Source: Lysobacteraceae bacterium
Lineage (GTDB): Bacteria; Pseudomonadota; Gammaproteobacteria; Xanthomonadales; Xanthomonadaceae
Length of the DNA stretch: 64,000 nt
Direction: 5' to 3'
Assembly: GCA_041395245.1 (NCBI GenBank)
Contig: JAWLAY010000023.1
Span: forward strand, 7,351 to 71,350
Each line of letters opens with the position of its first letter. Position 1 is the first letter of the stretch. The translations under genes and the position numbers were made by a program. Shown one piece after another: positions 20,090-28,566 of this stretch. The notes below the pieces were generated by a model. That model saw nothing but the letters and a program-made list of their open reading frames with translations. It was not told the origin of the DNA and ran no database searches.

Positions 20090-20221
20090 GGCGAAGCACT
20101 CCTGAGGACGACACGCCCTACAACGAAACGGCGTCGCCGTTCGTGTCGTCAGCATCCCTGCGCCAGCGCGATCCGCTGAATCACCGGACGATGCCATGCC
20201 ACATCGCGCGCCAAGCAGCAA

Positions 20222-20698
20222 TCAGGGCGTCAGACTGATCGCAGGCTTGCCCGCCTTGTAGGTGATCTTGACGTTGCGATAGCTGTCCAGCTTCTCAGGC
20301 ATCATCGCCACCGGGTCGTATTCGATCTCCAGTTCGGTGTCGGATATCCAGCGGAACGACAGCGGCGGCGCGCCCGCATCGGTCAGCTTGACCACGCCCA
20401 TGTCGACTTGCTGGCGGGTTGCAAACAAGGTGGCAATCCGCGTGTGCTGGCCGCCGTTGAAGGGCATGCCACCCAGCGGATACATGACGATGGACGCGGT
20501 GTAGGGCTTGTCGTCACCACACTCGAAGACGATCAGCGCGGCCTCCAGCGGGGCGCGATAGGACTCGTACTGCACGTAGTTCTGCACACAGCCCGCAATA
20601 CGCGGACCTTCTTCGCGCTCGCAGGCGGTCAAGGCAAACAGCATGGCTGTGAAAAAAACCAATCGGATGGGAACAACGCCAGGCACGGGCCACCTCAC
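20222..20698 (-). CDS. Hypothetical lipoprotein
   Basis: Hydrophobic stretch then lipobox ALTA|C; mature region about 130 aa; start uncertain. Confidence 0.6.
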   Translation of the reverse strand: MRWPVPGVVPIRLVFFTAMLFALTACEREEGPRIAGCVQNYVQYESYRAPLEAALIVFECGDDKPYTASIVMYPLGGMPFNGGQHTRIATLFATRQQVDMGVVKLTDAGAPPLSFRWISDTELEIEYDPVAMMPEKLDSYRNVKITYKAGKPAISLTP

Positions 20699-20762
20699 CC
20701 ACGGATCGAGACGGCCAGTGTACGTAGTTGGACTGGCATTCGTCTGACCGTCTCGCGCTGTC

Positions 20763-23558
20763 TCAACGCGTTATCGGACAGCGCTGGATGCCCAATGCCG
20801 CAGTGCTCAATTCCTGTCCAGACTCGACGGCACCCTTCCACCAGCCACCGGAGAGCGTCTGGCGCAGTGGTCCCAGTGTGTCCGCCGAAAACAGGGCTTG
20901 CTCTGCTTGCCGAGCCGCGACGCAAAGCGACGGATCACCACTCCAGTCACGCCCTCGCGTCAGCAAGCTCAGTGTCGCGGGCTTGTTCTGGCTGAGGTTG
21001 TCCGGGTCAGGAATCACGCTGCAATTCAGCACGCTATCGAACGCCGCCCCACCCAAGGTGCACAGCGAAACGTTCGGCCAGACGGCATCGACATCGACCT
21101 CGCCGCTGCCAGTGCGCGGCAGGCTCGCAAGCACTTGCTGCGGCGTTTCGCGCAAGGCGCGCAGCAGAAGGTCGGCCTGTGCCACGGGCAGGCTGTGGCG
21201 ATAGTTGAGGTAGAGCCTGTCGAGTATCGGGTAGTACCACGCGTACAGCATGAAGTACTGACCCATCGCACAACTGGCGTCGGCCTGCAGCTGCAACTCG
21301 CAGATCAGGCCTGCACTCAGGGAATTGGTGATCAAGTGACCCAGCACCTCACGCAGACGACTGTCGCAGGTCTCGCCGATCGCTCCGGGGACGAACTCGG
21401 CGCATGTCGCCAGGCTTTGCACGTATTGCAGGTTCAGCCGACCCACGGCTGACCATGAGGTGTCGTCCTGCGGATCGTTGGTGAACCGCAAGCCCGCCGC
21501 GATGCCCGCCTCCGCCAGGCGGTCCTGATGTGCCGCGCTCGGCCACAGCACATAGGCCAGAGACTGATGCCGGTTGTAGGTGTAGTCGGCGGACCCCGAG
21601 GCCGAACGGTGCCAGAGCCCGTCGCCGCTGCCACCTGAGCCGAAACTGTGTCCGGCAATATTGCTAGTACTGCCGGCGGCGTTCGGCCATCGCCCGAAGT
21701 TGTAGTAGGCGGTGTAGGCCATCAGCCAGGACTGCGGCAACGCAAATTCCCACACCCAACGCGGATCGCCGCCGCGCAGAAATTCCGTCAATTCGATCTG
21801 AACCGGATCCCAGTAGTTGAGCTTCACCTCGTTGCTCGCCGGGTCCGGGTTTTCGGTGAATCCGAATTGCTCGTTGAATTGGATATCCGGCCAGATCTGC
21901 TGTCCGTAGGTCTTCGCGCAGGACCATTGCGAACCGATGCCGTTCTGCGCGTCCGTGCAGGCGCGATCCGCCACGGTCGCGCGATGTTTGTCCAGCACAT
22001 AGCTCGCGTAGGCGTTCCAGAGCTGGGACGGATTGTTCCCCAGCAGGGGCGGCATCACCCCCGCCGCATCCAGATCCTCCACCTGTTGGCGAACGAGCAG
22101 CGGCCGCTCCAGGCGAAAGTGCGCCTGGTACGCCAGTGCGGTCAGACCATTGATCGCGTCAAAGACGCTGTCGAAGGCGCGCAGGGTCAAGCCACTGCGA
22201 AACCAGAGTGATTTCGCCTTGCCGACCTTTACCGGCTCGCTGACCCAGCCCAAGGTCAATGCCCCACCCTGCACGGATAGCGACTGCGGCTCGCGGAACG
22301 ACATCCATGCATGGGCAATGCTCGCAATCAGCGTTCGTCCCGATGGCAGATCGATGCGGGTACCGATGGCGGGCCGATCAAATCGCTCGGCCGACTGCAC
22401 CACGGCGCCGTTGTGTCGGTAGCTCACATCGCGTCGCCAAGGGCTGCCGCTGCCACGGGCTTGCCGGATCTCATGGTGCTCTGCTGCACCGGCCGCAACA
22501 AAGCGGGGATTCCCGATGGTGGCCACGATCGGCACGGCGGCCGCTTCGCCACCTCTGGCCAAGGGCAAGGTCAAAGCCAGCTCCTGCACAAGCAGGGAAT
22601 CGCTGTCTGGCGCGGACTGCGGTGTCCCACAGGCGTTGCCCAACTGCACTTCCATGTCGATATCGGCCTGACCCCGGACAAAGCTCAGGGCGATGCTGTA
22701 AGGCAGGCGTCGACCGCCTGACGCGCCGCTGCAAGTGGTGCCGACCGGTGCGTCCAGCCAGCCATCAATTTGCACCTGCGCCGCGACGGGCCCCAAGCCA
22801 CCGAACCAACGTGTTTGCTGCGGCTGCAAACGGCCAAGACCGGCCTGCAGATCCACCAATGGGCTGCCATCCGTTTCAGCGACCCGCAATCGCCAACCCT
22901 CGCTGGCACTGGCGGCAACATACAGCGCGTCCAGACCGCCCTGATCGTCGCGCAGATGTATGGACCGTATCGGTTGGGCTTGCGTCCCGTCGATCTCGAA
23001 CACAGCGGCCCCGGTATCGATCTGGAATCGCTGAGCGCCGAGCGTCTGCACGCTCAATGCCGCACTATCGGCCGCATCCAAGGGCGCATCCTGGGACATG
23101 ACTGCGACCACCGCCTGCGGATTCACGCCAACCGACAATTGAAGTCGGAGCCAACGAATCGGCGCCGATGTATCACTCAAGGGTCGCCCCCAACGCGAGA
23201 GAACCTGCCATTGCACGGGACGCCGCTGGCCTTGCGCATCCACCACCCACCAGCGCAGCAGATCACTGTCTTGCACGTTCAAGCCGTGCGGCAAGGCCAT
23301 CACCCCATTGGCGCGCTGCACCTCCCGAGTCGTCAGGTCATTGGTGATCTGCACGCAGCTCACCAACGTGGCATCCAGAATGGGCGGAGGCGGCAAGCTA
23401 TCGCCACTTACCCCGCCACTGACACACGCCGGCAAGCCACCCTCAAAGCCATTGGCGAACAGTGCCGCCTGCGCCGCGGCGTCACGCGACTTGCCCAGGC
23501 AGAGAAAGGCGAGGATCACCAGTGCAACCCACCGAATCCGAAGGCTCATCGGTTTCAT
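20763..23558 (-). CDS. Large exported protein (931 aa), YetA/exo-rhamnogalacturonan-lyase-like architecture, with LFANGFE just after the signal peptide
   Basis: Signal ...DAAA|QAALFANGFE; N-terminal V.DAQG..RPVQWQVLSRW...IRWLRL and later NYWDP..ELTEFLRGGDPRW resemble RIFT-barrel plus alpha-toroid proteins (recognised by eye). Confidence 0.6.
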   Translation of the reverse strand: MKPMSLRIRWVALVILAFLCLGKSRDAAAQAALFANGFEGGLPACVSGGVSGDSLPPPPILDATLVSCVQITNDLTTREVQRANGVMALPHGLNVQDSDLLRWWVVDAQGQRRPVQWQVLSRWGRPLSDTSAPIRWLRLQLSVGVNPQAVVAVMSQDAPLDAADSAALSVQTLGAQRFQIDTGAAVFEIDGTQAQPIRSIHLRDDQGGLDALYVAASASEGWRLRVAETDGSPLVDLQAGLGRLQPQQTRWFGGLGPVAAQVQIDGWLDAPVGTTCSGASGGRRLPYSIALSFVRGQADIDMEVQLGNACGTPQSAPDSDSLLVQELALTLPLARGGEAAAVPIVATIGNPRFVAAGAAEHHEIRQARGSGSPWRRDVSYRHNGAVVQSAERFDRPAIGTRIDLPSGRTLIASIAHAWMSFREPQSLSVQGGALTLGWVSEPVKVGKAKSLWFRSGLTLRAFDSVFDAINGLTALAYQAHFRLERPLLVRQQVEDLDAAGVMPPLLGNNPSQLWNAYASYVLDKHRATVADRACTDAQNGIGSQWSCAKTYGQQIWPDIQFNEQFGFTENPDPASNEVKLNYWDPVQIELTEFLRGGDPRWVWEFALPQSWLMAYTAYYNFGRWPNAAGSTSNIAGHSFGSGGSGDGLWHRSASGSADYTYNRHQSLAYVLWPSAAHQDRLAEAGIAAGLRFTNDPQDDTSWSAVGRLNLQYVQSLATCAEFVPGAIGETCDSRLREVLGHLITNSLSAGLICELQLQADASCAMGQYFMLYAWYYPILDRLYLNYRHSLPVAQADLLLRALRETPQQVLASLPRTGSGEVDVDAVWPNVSLCTLGGAAFDSVLNCSVIPDPDNLSQNKPATLSLLTRGRDWSGDPSLCVAARQAEQALFSADTLGPLRQTLSGGWWKGAVESGQELSTAALGIQRCPITR

Positions 23559-23578
23559 TCCTAGGTCAGTTGTATCGC

Positions 23579-23881
23579 TCAGGGCTCGAAGCCATCGCGA
23601 AAGATGCTCCCGGACACCGGTGCCCCCAGTCGGAAACCCTCCGCCATCCGGAGAATCGGTCGTGCACCTTCTACCGGCGCCGTGACGTTCCCGCCTTCCA
23701 GCCCGAACGGTTGTCCGATCAGCTCCCGCATCGCCCAGCGACCGTCAGCCGACGTCACCGACGCTCCAGGCGCCCACGTCCACTGCTTCAGTTCCCATGT
23801 CCCACCCGCTCTGAGCGGGGCCGACGGCATGCCGAGCAAGGCAAGGAGACATGCGGCATGACGCATCCCACGGCGGCTCAT
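23579..23881 (-). CDS. Small exported protein (100 aa) ending IFRDGFEP
   Basis: Signal peptide ...APLRA|GG, Gly/aromatic beta-rich core with IGQP; overlaps the upstream gene stop (ATGA). Confidence 0.7.
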   Translation of the reverse strand: MSRRGMRHAACLLALLGMPSAPLRAGGTWELKQWTWAPGASVTSADGRWAMRELIGQPFGLEGGNVTAPVEGARPILRMAEGFRLGAPVSGSIFRDGFEP

Positions 23882-25758
23882 AACTCACCGCAGTCGCTGT
23901 ACTGACAGCGCTGATAGCGGAGGTCCTGCGCGCTGGCGTCGTAATAGACGACGCCAACGCCGCCAGAACGCAGGCGCTTGGCGTCCAATCGCGTCGGCGT
24001 CACGGAAACCGGCACCGTGATCGGTGATGAACTGGCGAACGTGTCGATGTCGGACAGGCTCCACACGCGCAAGGGAAAACTTGCGTCCGTGATGCTGCTG
24101 ACAATGATCGGCGCCCCTTCCAGGCGGGGTACGACCGCCGTCCCATTGGCAAGCAATCCACCCAGCGAGACGGCAGCAGATCGTTGCGCGCACGACTCGT
24201 CGTAACAGGTGACGAACTTGCGTGAACTAGTCGCCAGATCGGAGAACGTGATCCACCGGCGTTGCTCGCCGCCGACCACCCAGGTGCCGGTGGCGAGCTG
24301 CGATCCAAATTGTCCTTGTGCAATGGTGTGCGTCGAGCGGGTTGCACAACTGGCGTCCTGACATTGAACCGCCTGAACCCGACCGTCCGCGTTTTGTCCG
24401 GTCGCGTTAGTAAGCACGACAAAGAAGGGCAACGTACTGCTGTCATCCAGATCCCGTGCCGCGGCAACAGCGCCGGTCGGCGCGCCGACGAGGGGCAAAT
24501 TGTCAAGCGCAGTAATCGGCGCACCCAGACACTGCGGGTCGGCACAGCGGGCGTACTTGTAGCGTTGGTTGGTGACATCCAGATAGACCACGGCATAGTT
24601 GCTGCCGTAGCGCACGATCTCGGCGAATCGCCCAACGTCGCCCGTGCTGTCGATGGTGCGAATCGTCGCCCCGCCCGTGCAGTCCTGATTACCACAGGAG
24701 GCGACCTGAAGGTCATCTTGCGCCGTGTCGTAGTAGACCATCACGGGCAGGTTCTGGCTGTTGTGCATGAGGCTGACGTACTCACCTACGCCGCCGGTCG
24801 CGATCTCCACGGTGGTCGGCGCCGGTGACGCACAGGCTTCATTGGCGCACCGAACGAACTTCAGCGAGCCGCCGTTGGCGGTGTCGAAATACGCCACTTC
24901 GATCGAACTCGTACTCGAACGACGACTGATGGACAGGTGCGAGCCGACATTGCCCGCACTGGCCAAGATCACCGATGCGGCAGGCGTCACCGTATCGATA
25001 TAGACGCATTGCACCGACCCGTCGGCGTTGATCTTGCGAATCGAGGCCCGCGGAGAGGTTGGACACTCACCGCTGATCGGCAATTGCCCAGCTGTGCCGG
25101 GCGCTGCGGCTGACAGGGTGACGACGCCACCGCTCTGTTGCACCACGATTCCCGATCCGGGTGTGGCGGTCACGCTGCTGACGACCGATTGGCAGCTTGG
25201 CTGACCCGTGCTCGAGATATTGCTCAACGCGGATCCGGCCGGACATCCCGCTGCGAGGCGGCGCTGGATGCCCCAGCTGATGTCGGTGCTGTTCACGTCG
25301 CGCGCGTCGAGTGTCCCGTCGGCAACGCCAGCACCGGTGACGCTGCCGCCGGCCACCGAGATCGCTCGCGCAGCGTAGGGAACCGGCACGGGAACGCCCG
25401 CCATGGAAAGCACCTCGTAACCGCCCAGCGTCCCCGCGTCACCGAAGTCGCCGTCCCGGACACTGACCTCGAAGGTGACAAAGCCGTCACTGGCGAAGAT
25501 ATTGCCCAGGTCGATTGCCACCTGAAACAGGCCATTGGCGACCTCGACATCGTCCTCCACATGAAGCGCGCCGAAGACGACGCCATCAAGCATCGGTTGA
25601 AAAGCCAAATCGACCGTGCCGTTGTAAGGCGCACCATCACGGGTCAGATACCCGTGGTAGTGAAACGCGGTCGGTGCCTGCGCATGCGCGCACGGGATGG
25701 TCAGGGTTGCCAGTGCTGCAACCAGCAGTGCAAGAATGGATCTGATAGCAAGGTGCAT
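23878..25758 (-). CDS. Exported fibre/adhesin-like protein with Cys-flanked neck repeats and a C-terminal beta-propeller
   Basis: Signal AHA|Q; FHYHGYL..G.P..G..DL...V..GLF.V.ID head domain; PYAA.A; CPAGS..SNISSTGQPSC and CP...IRKINADGSVQC; repeats G.VG.Y.S...YYD....L...C...C. Confidence 0.7.
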   Translation of the reverse strand: MHLAIRSILALLVAALATLTIPCAHAQAPTAFHYHGYLTRDGAPYNGTVDLAFQPMLDGVVFGALHVEDDVEVANGLFQVAIDLGNIFASDGFVTFEVSVRDGDFGDAGTLGGYEVLSMAGVPVPVPYAARAISVAGGSVTGAGVADGTLDARDVNSTDISWGIQRRLAAGCPAGSALSNISSTGQPSCQSVVSSVTATPGSGIVVQQSGGVVTLSAAAPGTAGQLPISGECPTSPRASIRKINADGSVQCVYIDTVTPAASVILASAGNVGSHLSISRRSSTSSIEVAYFDTANGGSLKFVRCANEACASPAPTTVEIATGGVGEYVSLMHNSQNLPVMVYYDTAQDDLQVASCGNQDCTGGATIRTIDSTGDVGRFAEIVRYGSNYAVVYLDVTNQRYKYARCADPQCLGAPITALDNLPLVGAPTGAVAAARDLDDSSTLPFFVVLTNATGQNADGRVQAVQCQDASCATRSTHTIAQGQFGSQLATGTWVVGGEQRRWITFSDLATSSRKFVTCYDESCAQRSAAVSLGGLLANGTAVVPRLEGAPIIVSSITDASFPLRVWSLSDIDTFASSSPITVPVSVTPTRLDAKRLRSGGVGVVYYDASAQDLRYQRCQYSDCGEL

Positions 25759-25970
25759 AGCGTCTTCCTCCGGCATTGCGTGGTATGACGCAGCAGAGCA
25801 CGTTCATTCTCATCACCACCCCATTCCTCCTTGGGTTGACAGGAACGGATGCGTTCGCTATCCGTAGCGCGCGCAAGCATTCGGAAGCCGTTGTCAAGCC
25901 GGAAGTGCGGGTAGACGACGCCTGAACTGCGCCGCAGTCTGGCGATGTCCTGCTCCTCATCCGGTGCCTT

Positions 25971-26657
25971 ATGAACGATCCAGCTCGGCCTGCTCCACGT
26001 ATTGCGCTTGTCGAAGACGACATCGACACTCGACGCGCCGTGTTGAACCGCTTGTTCAGTGAACGAGATATCCATCTGGCCTTTGAAGCCGGGTCCATCG
26101 CGCAGGCCAGGCAGTGCTGGGAGGAGTTGGACTTTGATGTGCTGTTGGTGGATTTGGGTCTGCCCGATGGCTCAGGCCTCGACCTGATCAGCGAAGCGCG
26201 CCAGCGCTTCCCTTCCGCGTTGATCATGGTGCTCAGCGTGTTCGGCGACGAACAGAAGCTGATCGCGGCGATCGAGCGTGGCGCCAAGGGATATCTGTTG
26301 AAGGACGAAACTTCGATCGGCCTAACGCAGGCAATCGATGATCTGTGGGCCGGTGGCTCACCGATCAGTCCCGCCATTGCACGACATCTGGTCAGGCGGC
26401 TGGCACGTGTTGATCCAGTCCCCGGTGCCAGAACGGACAACGCGGCCATCAACAACATGCTGACCGGGCGCGAACGCGAGGTGCTGCAATTGTCGGCCAA
26501 GGGATTCAACCACGCCGAAGTGGCGCTGCTGCTTGGCCTCAGCAAGAACACCATTGCCTCGTATACGCGAACCATCTACGAGAAGCTGGAAGTGCATTCG
26601 CGACAGGAAGCGCTGTTCGAAGCAGATCGTCTTGGCTTGTTGTCTCCGACGAACTGA
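25971..26657 (+). CDS. NarL/LuxR-family response regulator
   Basis: ALVEDD, LVDLGLPDGSG, GYLLK and HTH LTGREREVL...TIASYTRTIYEKLEV. Confidence 0.93.
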   Translation: MNDPARPAPRIALVEDDIDTRRAVLNRLFSERDIHLAFEAGSIAQARQCWEELDFDVLLVDLGLPDGSGLDLISEARQRFPSALIMVLSVFGDEQKLIAAIERGAKGYLLKDETSIGLTQAIDDLWAGGSPISPAIARHLVRRLARVDPVPGARTDNAAINNMLTGREREVLQLSAKGFNHAEVALLLGLSKNTIASYTRTIYEKLEVHSRQEALFEADRLGLLSPTN

Positions 26658-26663
26658 ACGCCC

Positions 26664-28559
26664 ATGCGCAAGGCTCTGGCACTCGTTTGCGGCGGTGCAG
26701 CCATTGCACTGGCACTGATCCTTGGCCTGAATCATCTGACCACCACGCCATTGCCCGACAGCGCCGTTCGAGTCCTCGACGCGGAACGCAGCCTCGACCC
26801 GGCGCTCGACCCCCATGCCATCGACGCAGCAAGCTGGACGCCAATTCCGCTTCCGGACGATGCCCCCTTCGTCGCGGCAGCACCACGGCAACGGGCGTGG
26901 TATCGACTACGGATCCCGGCGCCTGCCACGCCAGATCGACTTCACTCTCTGCTGTTTGCCACGCCCTATGCGGCACTGAAGATCTGGATCAATGGGCAAC
27001 TGATCGCGGACGCCGGCATCGCTCGCTCGCCGGTTCCGGAATATCGACACGCCCTCCGTTACACGATTGCGCCGAGCCTGTGGCATGCAGGAAGCAATGA
27101 AGTCACGATCCTCAGTGTCGCGCAGACCCGCGAAACCGGCCTGGGCCAGGTATGGCTCGGGGATGCCGCGCAGATGGCGCGTTACAAGTCACAACGCAAT
27201 CTGATCGAGAAGCGCTGGCCCACCACCTCGATCCAGATCATCCTCGTACTCGCCGTGGTCCTGCTCGCGTTCTTTTCCGTTCGTCCCGGCGACACCGCAT
27301 TTGCCTGGTTCGCCGCGTCCCTGGGGAGTTGGGCCCTTCATGCCTCGCTCCAACAACGCAGTACGCCGCTACCCTGGTGGCCCAACTTCACCTATCCACT
27401 GACACTGATCGCTCTGGTCTGGTTCGCGCTGTTCGGTTTGATGTTCGTGCGCGCACTTTGCCAGCGCCCGCAACGAGCCTGGCTGATCGCCGCCTGGAGC
27501 TTTGCATTGCTCGTCAGCGCATTACTGACCGCCATTACCCTCGCTGGAAGTGGCACAACACCCCGGTCCGGCGGACTGATTCTAGTCGTCCCCGGCGTGT
27601 TGCTCATTGGCATGGGCATCGTCGGAACGCTTTGGCAATCGGTGAATGCACAGCCAAGCAACCGCGAGACCTCCGCATTGCTTTTGCTCGCCAGCCTGTT
27701 GCTGACCATCGGGCTACGTGACTGGATGCGCGATCTCGGGTTGATCGCCAATGCCGGCGAGATCGCCTATCTGCCCTTCGCGGTGCCTGCCGTATTTCTG
27801 GTGTTTGGCGGCATGCTGCTGCATCGCCATGCCGCCGCCCTGCGAGCCGTGGAGCAGGCCAATCTGAACCTGGAGCGCAAGGTCGAGGAGAAAACCCGCG
27901 ACCTCGAAACCAACTACAAGCGGCTTGCCGAATTTGAAGGCCAGCGCGCTCGCGCGGAAGAGCGTGATCGCCTGGTGCGTGAAATGCATGATGGCGTCGG
28001 GGGACACCTGGTCCATGCGCTTGCCCTGTCAGAGCGCCTCGACGACGCCAAACCGCTGAGTGACGCCATTCGCGATTGTCTCGACGACCTTCGCGTTGTC
28101 ATGGATACCGCCAACATCGAAAACGAGCGACTCAACGACGCTCTGGCGACGTTCCGCGAGCGCATTGATCGCCGCCTCCACGCGCTGGGCATCGCGCTGC
28201 ACTGGGACTTCACCCGTATGCCCGAGCTGCCATGCGTCGGTCCGCAGGCAACGTTACACATCCTTCGCATGCTGCAGGAGTTGATCACCAACGTCATCAA
28301 ACATGCGGCCGCCCAGCGATTGCTCATTTCGATTGATCTCTGCGACGCGAATGGAAAGGACGAACCGGCGGCACTGCAGATGCACCTCGAGGATGACGGG
28401 TGCGGCTTCTCAGTGCAGGAAAAGGCCCGCGGCCGCGGTCTTGGCAATGTCAGAAAGCGAGTAGAGGAATGGGGCGGGTCGATGCAAGTCAGCACCCAGC
28501 CCGGCAAAGGCACCCGTGTTCAAATCGCCTTCCCCATGCCGCAGCGGCAGCAGGCGTGA
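26664..28559 (+). CDS. 7TM sensor histidine kinase (HisKA_3) with a periplasmic sugar-binding-like domain
   Basis: Periplasmic WYRLRI...KIWINGQLI...GSNEVTI, seven hydrophobic segments, H-box REMHDGVGGHL, NVIKHA, DDGCGF, GRGLGN. Confidence 0.85.
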   Translation: MRKALALVCGGAAIALALILGLNHLTTTPLPDSAVRVLDAERSLDPALDPHAIDAASWTPIPLPDDAPFVAAAPRQRAWYRLRIPAPATPDRLHSLLFATPYAALKIWINGQLIADAGIARSPVPEYRHALRYTIAPSLWHAGSNEVTILSVAQTRETGLGQVWLGDAAQMARYKSQRNLIEKRWPTTSIQIILVLAVVLLAFFSVRPGDTAFAWFAASLGSWALHASLQQRSTPLPWWPNFTYPLTLIALVWFALFGLMFVRALCQRPQRAWLIAAWSFALLVSALLTAITLAGSGTTPRSGGLILVVPGVLLIGMGIVGTLWQSVNAQPSNRETSALLLLASLLLTIGLRDWMRDLGLIANAGEIAYLPFAVPAVFLVFGGMLLHRHAAALRAVEQANLNLERKVEEKTRDLETNYKRLAEFEGQRARAEERDRLVREMHDGVGGHLVHALALSERLDDAKPLSDAIRDCLDDLRVVMDTANIENERLNDALATFRERIDRRLHALGIALHWDFTRMPELPCVGPQATLHILRMLQELITNVIKHAAAQRLLISIDLCDANGKDEPAALQMHLEDDGCGFSVQEKARGRGLGNVRKRVEEWGGSMQVSTQPGKGTRVQIAFPMPQRQQA

Positions 28560-28566
28560 GCCTCGC

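Noticed and set aside
19341-20233. Two adjacent genes both end LTP* with a shared 12-mer TGACGCCCTGAT
   Set aside because: Considered as gene-cassette boundaries, but there is no attC-type RYYYAAC/GTTRRRY structure or integrase; probably chance.
25480-25505. Internal IFASDGF in the fibre protein
   Set aside because: Has an extra residue, lacks the final E and lies inside the head domain; not counted as the terminal tag.
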